DNA of 64,000 nucleotides from Tubiluchus corallicola (Eukaryota; Animalia; Priapulida), in the NCBI GenBank assembly GCA_030141605.1, contig JAQGDQ010000370.1:148429-212428 (forward strand), given 5' to 3'. Of this stretch, positions 56,742 through 64,000 are shown one piece after another. Numbering within the stretch: the first letter of the stretch is position 1; each line of letters begins with the position of its first letter. A program made the translations under genes and the position numbers. Below the pieces are notes generated by a model, which worked only from the letters and a program-made list of their open reading frames with translations, did not search any database and was not told the origin of the DNA.

Positions 56742-59700
56742 ATGGAGTTGGGGTCCGTGTACAATGGTCTTTCAGAGAACGGAAAGATTGTATGGAACGC
56801 AATTTTAGATAGATATGCAAAGTCTGGCCAGCAGCCGCACAACGAGGTTACTTGTGCAGGTATCAATGCTCTTTTACTTACTAACCTTGGTCAAATTCCC
56901 CTGTTAATAAGACCCCTATATGAAAATACTATATATAATAATCATAATTACTGATTAATTGTATTGTTTTGTTTATATTTAGGTATCATCTAACTTTATC
57001 ATCTTTTTTCATAATTTGTATCATTTATACTGTTTTTATTATTATTTTTTCTTATTTGTTTTTGTTTTTATCTGCAGCCTCACCATTTATTTTTAATATA
57101 CTAATCTAATTATAAGACAGGGCAGGAGACTAGATGACCCTATGGTCCTTCCCTGCCCTGCTCCACGATTATAATTACGTAATATTTAAAAAACTTTTGA
57201 TGTGAAACTAATTGGAGAAAATAAATGTTCTATGTCTTTTAGCGATGTCAGCTAGAATCACATTGGCTGTATCTTGTCTTGAACTTACCATATGTCGCTA
57301 ACTTCACTACGGCCCTGAAAGCGCTCCATCTGTTTGACAACTACGATAAAAATCTCCAGAACTCCTCCAAATGTAGAAAGTCAAAAATTTCTTTATAGGC
57401 CTTTGATGTTCGATGACTTGGGCCTCAGAAATGTCATTTCTACTTGAGTTGATATTAATAATAGACTTCCCGACATTACATTTTTTTTCCGACCAACTAT
57501 TTATAAGGTGTCTTTGATGTAAGTCACACCTATATAATGAAGCAGGGATGAGAATTTCCCGCGGATACGCGGAATTCCGAGTTTTTGGAAGACCAGTAGT
57601 GCCATTTTTGTAAATCGCGTAAATTCGTTGAGAAAATTTTTACGGACCCGGTACATTGTTTCACAAGCTGACCGCTAGGTGGCAGGCCGTCACTTTGTTT
57701 ACATCACGTACATCAGTGTAACCACGTGTATATCTCTATGTATAAAAATATAGAATCAATTGTGCAGAGTTATTTGAGTCAATTGCAGACAGTTTTTATA
57801 TACTTTTGCATAGGAGTGGCCAGTACTTAGGCATTTTTGAGTCAATTAGGTATCATGTATCCTTGCTAGTTGGGTATTTTAAATTATGCATAAACAACGT
57901 AATTGATATTTTAAGTCCACTTAGAGGCTCTCTGTGGTCACAAAATTACAATTTGTTGCTGACTGCAACGGGGTCTTTGCCCCTTGAACCCCCATGGTGG
58001 CCTACACGGCCCTCAACCCCCCGGCCTGTTTCAGAGTTTTTTGCAATTTGTCATTCTCATCCCTGATAAATATGTATCATCCGTAAGTGTGATTGTTTTT
58101 TATCATACTTTTTATATGGGTAGTGTTCTCCTGGTCATTAAGTCAATCATTAGTTTTTTAAAATCTAAGTCATCGACTAAACGTTCGATCTATGCGATGC
58201 CTGAATATTATTATATTTGCTGATAAGTCGGTGACAGTGAAGTCAATTTTACTTTGCTTCTGTCTTGTTTCATTTTCTGTCTGCAATTTACATGTTTTGT
58301 TTAGCAAACAAGAAAAGTTACTATGAGCAGCTGTATAACAGTAGTTTTGGCACGAAAGAGAACAACGTTTTTGCTCAGGCGAGACAATCGTGTCGTCTTG
58401 CGGGTACACCAGCAGGGGTCAGTGTATCAGCTACTCAGACAAATATGGATAGCAAAATTTCTAGTGATTTGTCTGTTGAGTGTGCGGCAGGTACGTGGAA
58501 TTCCATTTCAATCCCTCGACTGTAATCTTAATTGACTTCTGTAGAGCTAAATTTCTGTTGCTCCTTCTGTGATGTAATTTTGAGTTAAATTTTTGAAACT
58601 GGTGCATAATAAGTTGGTCAGACTTTCGTTGCCATGGTTATGTTACATTTGTGTTTTCGTTTTCACCGATGACTTGAAGTAATCAATTGCTACGTACTTT
58701 TTCAAAACGTAATCGCAATCGTTCACCGAAGTTAAGCAATGTAGAGCCTGGTTAGTACTTGGATGGGTGACCACCTAGCAATACCAGGTGCTGTAGGCTT
58801 ACGGGATGCCCACACTATCTGGACACTAGGTGGAGGAGCGGCACAAGCAGCCCACGGCTAGAGGGCGGAGGAGGTCAAGTGACCCAACGGCCATGTGTAG
58901 AGGAGTAAACCTTCCAAATCAGGAGTGGAGCACCGAAGGCGGACCAGTGCAGCATGCTCACTGACTCCGGCAGCTCCTGCAGCCAACCTGGTGCCAAACG
59001 TATCGCTCCGCTTTCCTTTGGACTACACCAGGGAGGAAGAGAGGGAGTTGCTGTCTGGCCAACTCAGGATCTCCATACACCTTCCCCAAGCGTGCGCCCT
59101 GGAGACGTTCAAGGATCGGACTGCTCAGCCACAGTTGACGCTGCAGCTCCATCAATGTGATCAATAACTGACTCTCTTGGCGCACACTCCATTGTCTTCC
59201 GAGACAGAAGGATGCCAACAACAATCGCAACCTGTTGCAGTGACATCCTTGTCAGTCGACACTTTAGTTATATATTTTGTCTGTAATAATTTGAACAAAA
59301 CATTTTGGTGTTGGTTTATATCTCTGGTGTAATCATCACAGAAATATAAAGCAAGTAAAATATCATATATCCATGTAGGCAAAAAAAATGTATAACGAAA
59401 TCTGTAGACTGTCAAATTTATTTGTATTTAGCTATTTATTTACCTTAATTGTTTGCTATTAATTTAATTTTGATCTGTTTTCCTATTCAAATCTTTATTT
59501 TGTTCTAACAATATTTGCTCGCCATGCTGAAATTAGTAGACTCTCTATTTAGGGATGGCAGACTAGATGACCTTTTGGTCTTTCACCATCCCGCCCTTCT
59601 TTAATTTTTGTAAATCATTGTTATATACTATCTATGATTGTTATTTTGAAGGCAAAAAATAAATTATTATATTAATTGTTATATTAATATTCTTGGTATG

Positions 59701-60445
59701 GGCTTTATATATAAGATTCGAGGCTACAGCTTCGACGACGGCACCATTTGCGGTGATCTATATATCAAACGAAAGGTCTCGATCTAGTGTTATGCCATTG
59801 ATGGTTTATTTTTCGAATCGGGCCCACCGGGAGGGAAGGGGGGCAATTATTATTATTATACAGCCTTTTTGTTATAATTATCATTCACTTCTTTTAGAAG
59901 GTACATTTGGAGTAGCCAGTAGAGACCAGGTATCGGGACGATCTACAGTAGAGGGCAGCATACGTCGTCAGAAGACTAACACTTTACCCGCATTGATCGC
60001 AAGATATGATGATATTATGGATGTAGTAAAAAAAGAACCAGTAGAATTAGATAACGATCACGGCGATGTCATCGATATGAATACTGGACAATTGGAGGTG
60101 GTCAGTGATATGCTTTTGCCGAGATCTAGTAACTTAGCAACACCTCTACTCAGGTCCACCGATCACACACTTTCATTGGTTAAGACAAGTGAGCCAGCGA
60201 GGCTATCATTGACGGAAGCGAGAGGTCCCAATAAACCGACAGGCGATAATAATACGATGCCGTTGGTCAATGGTAGCAATCCGGGAATGGTCCAAGCTAA
60301 GAATCCAAGTATGTCACTGGTCAGATCGAGTAGTTGTGCAACACCACGGTGGAGCACGCCTAATGATTGTGAGACCGGTCGTCTCGAGACACCATCATCT
60401 TGTATAGCTGAGAAAGTAAAACAAATGAAGAACAAAGAAAAGTAG
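56742..60445 (+). CDS. Putative multi-exon protein of unknown function (~283 aa if it ends at 60445; may continue)
   Basis: Exons 56742-56859 (donor CAG|GTATCA), 58305-58490 (TTTAG| ... CAG|GTACGT) and 59898-60445 (tcacttcttttag|). All junctions are phase 1 and join three separate ORF-track ORFs into one frame. The product is S/T/P-rich and contains VKKEP; no family recognised. Confidence 0.5.
57543..58065 (+). mobile_element. hAT-type MITE family 1
   Basis: Full copy with TIRs. Confidence 0.88.
58719..59222 (+). mobile_element. 5S rRNA-derived SINE (SINE3-like) with RTE-type body and 3' tail
   Basis: 58723-58800 matches the 3' two-thirds of 5S rRNA (gaagttaagc..cctggttagtacttggatgggtgacc..ataccaggtgctgtaggctt). 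It ends ccattgtcttccgagacagaaggatgccaacaac. TSD aatcgcaa at 58711-58718 and 59223-59230. Confidence 0.8.
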
Positions 60446-60624
60446 GTAAAAATTATGTTGCTGTTAATGAAAGATTCCCGCTATTGACAATGAAGAATAC
60501 GATGATTCAAACCGCCATTGTGGTTTATGTTGTGTTTTGCTCTTGTTTTTTAATTGTGGAATTTTTTTTATAATTTTTTATAGAATTAAGTTTGCATTAA
60601 TTAAACAAATTATATATGTATATT

Positions 60625-60636
60625 TATATTATATAT

Positions 60637-60694
<58 letters not shown>
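60625..60694. repeat. (TA)n microsatellite at the RTE insertion site
   Basis: Seen directly. Confidence 0.95.
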
Positions 60695-60699
<5 letters not shown>

Positions 60700-62419
60700 A
60701 CGTCGAAGCCGATACGGCTAAATCAGTGCAAATCAGATGTCCATGAAACCATCTCTTATCCACGACTTGAACCTTCTTGCGTATCCAAGCATCCGTCTTT
60801 CTTCATCGAGTTTTTCGGCACAGTTGTTGACTAGGGATCTCCATGCAGGACGGTCGTGAACTGCGAAAGGCAGCTTGTCCAACATTCCACCTTTCCTCAG
60901 AAAGAACTTCACCTTGTCCTTGAAGCGAAGGAGAGGACGACCAACACTGCGAGAGCCACTGGTTAGTTCTCCATGAAGAAGAGCCTTTGTCGGTCTCTTA
61001 TCGTTCATTCTGACCACATGCCCAAACCACCGAAGTTGAGCCTTAGTAAGCGTAACCTCGATATCTTCCATCTTGGCACGAGCCAGCACGTCTTCGTTTG
61101 GCACATAGTCGTCCCAGCGAATACGAAGGATGTGACGCAGATGTCTCTGCTGAACCGCACGAAGAGACCTGACCTGATCTTGATAGAGCGTCCACGTTTC
61201 CTGACCATAGGAAAGCTGCGGAATGATGCAATGCATGTACACCTGCAGTTTAGTGGCGATGGTAAGGTCATGGTTATCGAAGACACGTTTCCTCATACGG
61301 CCGAAAGAGCTGGCTGCAGCATTAATTCTTGCATGAAGCTCAGTATCCAATCGAGTATCTGAGCAGATGTAACTTCCGAGATATTTGAACCGTTGCACAC
61401 TTCCAAGCTGTTCTCCGTCAATGGTAAAATTGACACTGTCGCTAGAGCCGACACTCATTGTCTCAGTCTTCCTTTTGTTAATGCGCAGTCCCATTCTCTT
61501 TGCAGTTTCATTGTAAATGTCGATGAGATCCTGAAGGTCTTCCGGGTTGTCAGAGAAGATAGCTATGTCATCGGCATATTGCGCTTCACGCAGGAACATC
61601 ATTCGTGTCTTCGTCCTTGCTTTGAGTCGACGTAGGTCAAAAATGTCTCCATCATATCTGAATCGAACATGAATGCTCTTCGTCGAGCCAAGTCTGCCGA
61701 AGGCTACCTGCAAAAGGACTGCAGCGAAAAGTCCGAAAAGAGATGGAGCTAACTTGCAGCCTTGTTTCACACCGCTGTTGTATTCTACAGGATCACTAAG
61801 CTGGCCATTGACAGAGAGACGCGCTAGCATATCAGTGTGTAGAGCTTTTACCATACTTGTAAATCGATCCGGGCATCCACACTTTGAAAGCACCTTGTAC
61901 AGCAATTCGCGATTGACACTGTCAAAAGCCTTTGTAAAGTCGATAAAGGCAATATGCATTGATGTTCTATGCTCTCTCGTTTTCTCCATCAGCTGACGAA
62001 TCGTAAAAATACCATCAATGGTACTGCGATCCCGTCGATACCCTGACTGGGACTCTGGGTAGATACGCTCCAAAATCTTGTCCAGCCGAACGAGAAGAAT
62101 GTCTGCAAAAAGCTTTCCGACAACACTGAGTAAGGAAATGCCACGATAGTTACCGCAATCACTGCGATCACCCTTTTTGAACAAAATGGTGATGTTAGCA
62201 TTGACAAAGTCACGAGGCATATCACCAGTCCTCCAAATAACGTTGAAGAGCTCCAAAAGATGATTCTGGAGAGAAGCACCGCCATGGATGATAACCTCTG
62301 GTGGGACACCATCAGGTCCAGGGCTTTTCCGTCGCTTGATACGGCGAATAGAGTACTTGAGTTCCTCGAGGGTGACTAGTCCATCCATCTCGTCGATGAC
62401 TGGTAACTGAGGTATTTCC
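60695..62419 (-). mobile_element. 5'-truncated RTE-clade LINE retrotransposon
   Basis: Uninterrupted RT-containing frame. Both ends abut (TA)n runs (60646-60694, 62420-62433). The endonuclease domain is missing. Confidence 0.92.
60733..62388 (-). CDS. LINE reverse transcriptase (RTE type), partial ORF, 551 aa
   Basis: Motifs KSPGPDG, KKGDRSDCGNYRGISLLS, FIDFTKAFDSV, GVKQGCKLAP, QYADD, FKYLGS, LRWFGHVVRM, GRPLLRFKD. The frame continues upstream to the truncation point (EIPQLPVIDEMD). Confidence 0.93.
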   Translation of the reverse strand: MDGLVTLEELKYSIRRIKRRKSPGPDGVPPEVIIHGGASLQNHLLELFNVIWRTGDMPRDFVNANITILFKKGDRSDCGNYRGISLLSVVGKLFADILLVRLDKILERIYPESQSGYRRDRSTIDGIFTIRQLMEKTREHRTSMHIAFIDFTKAFDSVNRELLYKVLSKCGCPDRFTSMVKALHTDMLARLSVNGQLSDPVEYNSGVKQGCKLAPSLFGLFAAVLLQVAFGRLGSTKSIHVRFRYDGDIFDLRRLKARTKTRMMFLREAQYADDIAIFSDNPEDLQDLIDIYNETAKRMGLRINKRKTETMSVGSSDSVNFTIDGEQLGSVQRFKYLGSYICSDTRLDTELHARINAAASSFGRMRKRVFDNHDLTIATKLQVYMHCIIPQLSYGQETWTLYQDQVRSLRAVQQRHLRHILRIRWDDYVPNEDVLARAKMEDIEVTLTKAQLRWFGHVVRMNDKRPTKALLHGELTSGSRSVGRPLLRFKDKVKFFLRKGGMLDKLPFAVHDRPAWRSLVNNCAEKLDEERRMLGYARRFKSWIRDGFMDI

Positions 62420-62700
62420 TATATATATATATACAGTAGTACCTCTGTTTTTGACCATAATTCGTTCCTAAAAAGTGTTTGAAAACCAATTTGTTTGAGT
62501 ACCGAATCATTTATTCCCATAAGGAATAATGTAAAAACAACTAATCCGTTCTGTAACATGACGGAATTTTGGTCTAAGAACTTCAAACAAAATATGCAAA
62601 TTGTTTAAACTCTATGGAGATCGTTACCTGATTAATTGCTAATAGGCAGTCTAGTGAACACTGGATATAACCTCAATGTCCAATCACCAAATGCAAATTA

Positions 62701-63153
62701 CCGTATTTTCCCGTGTATAAGAGACCTTTTTTTGCTCAGAATTTTCACTTTAAAAATAGGGGGTCTCTTATACATGGGAGTAAGTCTTTTCAATAAGATG
62801 CATAAATTGTGACACTAATGATTTTAAAGAAATAAGTGCTCTACAACTGTTTTGCGTGTCGCGTTCGACTATGAAGCGGTTGTAAGCAATACAAGCATCG
62901 TGACACAGGCATTATCTCCTCGTTTTCTCTTTTCCTGTTACAGGTTTGCAGGTACGCACTTTAATATATACCAGTACTCTATTTCTACAACACATTAACT
63001 GGTTTTATTTTGTTTTCAGTACCGCACTGAGTTGAAAAAAGTTGTACTCTACCCTCTAAAAATGTCCGTCTGAAAAAACTTTTCCAGAATTTTTGCCTAA
63101 AAATTGAAGGGGTCTCTTATACACAAGGGTCTCTTATACACGGGAAAATACGG
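62701..63153. mobile_element. Mariner/pogo-type MITE nested in an older Tigger-like fragment starting at 62434
   Basis: TA|ccgtattttcccgtgtataagagacc ... ggtctcttatacacgggaaaatacgg|TA. Confidence 0.88.
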
Positions 63154-64000
63154 TAATGCAAAACAGTAAATAATTACTTTACACAAAATAAACACTTTTG
63201 TAGGTTTATTGGAATTAAAGCTGCGTTCACATCATAAAATTTAAAGGATGTAAATAACAGTGAAATTTGTTGAACAAAATAAAGCTTTAATACGCTGACA
63301 AAACGGTTTTCTAATCAGAATTACCATTTATGAGAAACATACAGGGTGTGCACAAAGTAAAGCCCCATTCCCGAGGTTATGAAGGGATAGTAAGAAGGCA
63401 GATAGTAAAGGAAACTGCACCTATATGATTTAATGGTTTTTAGCACACATAAACACATGCAACATTTGAATTATATACTAACTACTTTGCCTTAATCAAG
63501 GATGTTCACTCTCACTATACTAGGTCTTCCAGTATGGGACACTATTTTCAAACACGATTTAACACAGCGTATGGCTTAAATACCTTACAGCACAGTGGAG
63601 TTATATTGTGGAATAGTGTACCCAATACAATCATTTCCTCTCCTTCTTTACAAATAGCTACCAAACAATATAAGATATTTTTATTTAGTAAATATTCATT
63701 GGCGTAGAAAACCAGAGGTTTTTTCTCTTTTTTGTGCACGTGTGTCTTTTTGCACTCATGTTTTTCTTTTACTAATAGGTACCATTGCGACCTTTGTTAC
63801 TTTATTAGTAAAAGGTATAAACCAATTTAAATGAAATTATGCATTCATCGCAGCCTATTTCAAAATTGTAATTACATAATATGTTTTCCTTATGTTTCCT
63901 TGCTAGTATTACATCATTTACTTTATTACATCAATTTGATTAAGTCATCTACAAAAGCACGCATAACTTTAATAATTTTTTCATTTTCATTTAAGTAAGG

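Noticed and set aside
57306-57337. ctacggccctgaaagcgc.. resembling the 5' end of 5S rRNA, suggesting a 5S gene split by a 1.4-kb insertion
   Set aside because: The downstream 5S piece is bounded by its own TSD (a 5'-truncated retrocopy), the match is short and gapped, and a plausible exon lies between the two.
58723-58800. Functional 5S rRNA gene
   Set aside because: It lacks the first ~40 nt and a T-run terminator, and continues into a SINE body.

Overview
AT-rich, intron-rich eukaryotic DNA, apparently from an invertebrate metazoan (inference), with no prokaryotic features. The window is built around an inverted segmental duplication (left arm ~1.6-20.9 kb, right arm ~34.4-53.1 kb). Each arm carries an intact Mn-type cation diffusion facilitator gene (MTP8-11-like, 10 coding exons): copy A on + (494 aa) and copy B on - (492 aa). 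The two converge on a single-copy RNA polymerase II subunit RPB4 gene in the spacer. A phase-consistent 3-exon gene of unknown function lies at 56.7-60.4 kb and a 5'-truncated RTE LINE at 60.7-62.4 kb. Introns are packed with MITEs (hAT, Tc1/pogo, piggyBac, Kolobok-like), Helitron pieces, SINEs and mini/microsatellites. The most unusual features are: (1) in both transporter genes the intron5/exon6 junction is tandemly amplified (5 and 9 copies of a 123-bp unit), giving arrays of AG|GT decoy acceptors each followed by an in-frame stop, a candidate recursive-splicing or NMD-tuning device; (2) a Penelope-type minimal hammerhead ribozyme inside an intronic palindrome; (3) exon-centred gene-conversion mosaicism between the inverted paralogs; (4) a 5S-rRNA-headed, RTE-tailed SINE. 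Gene models were assembled by eye from GT/AG sites and reading phase, with no database search.
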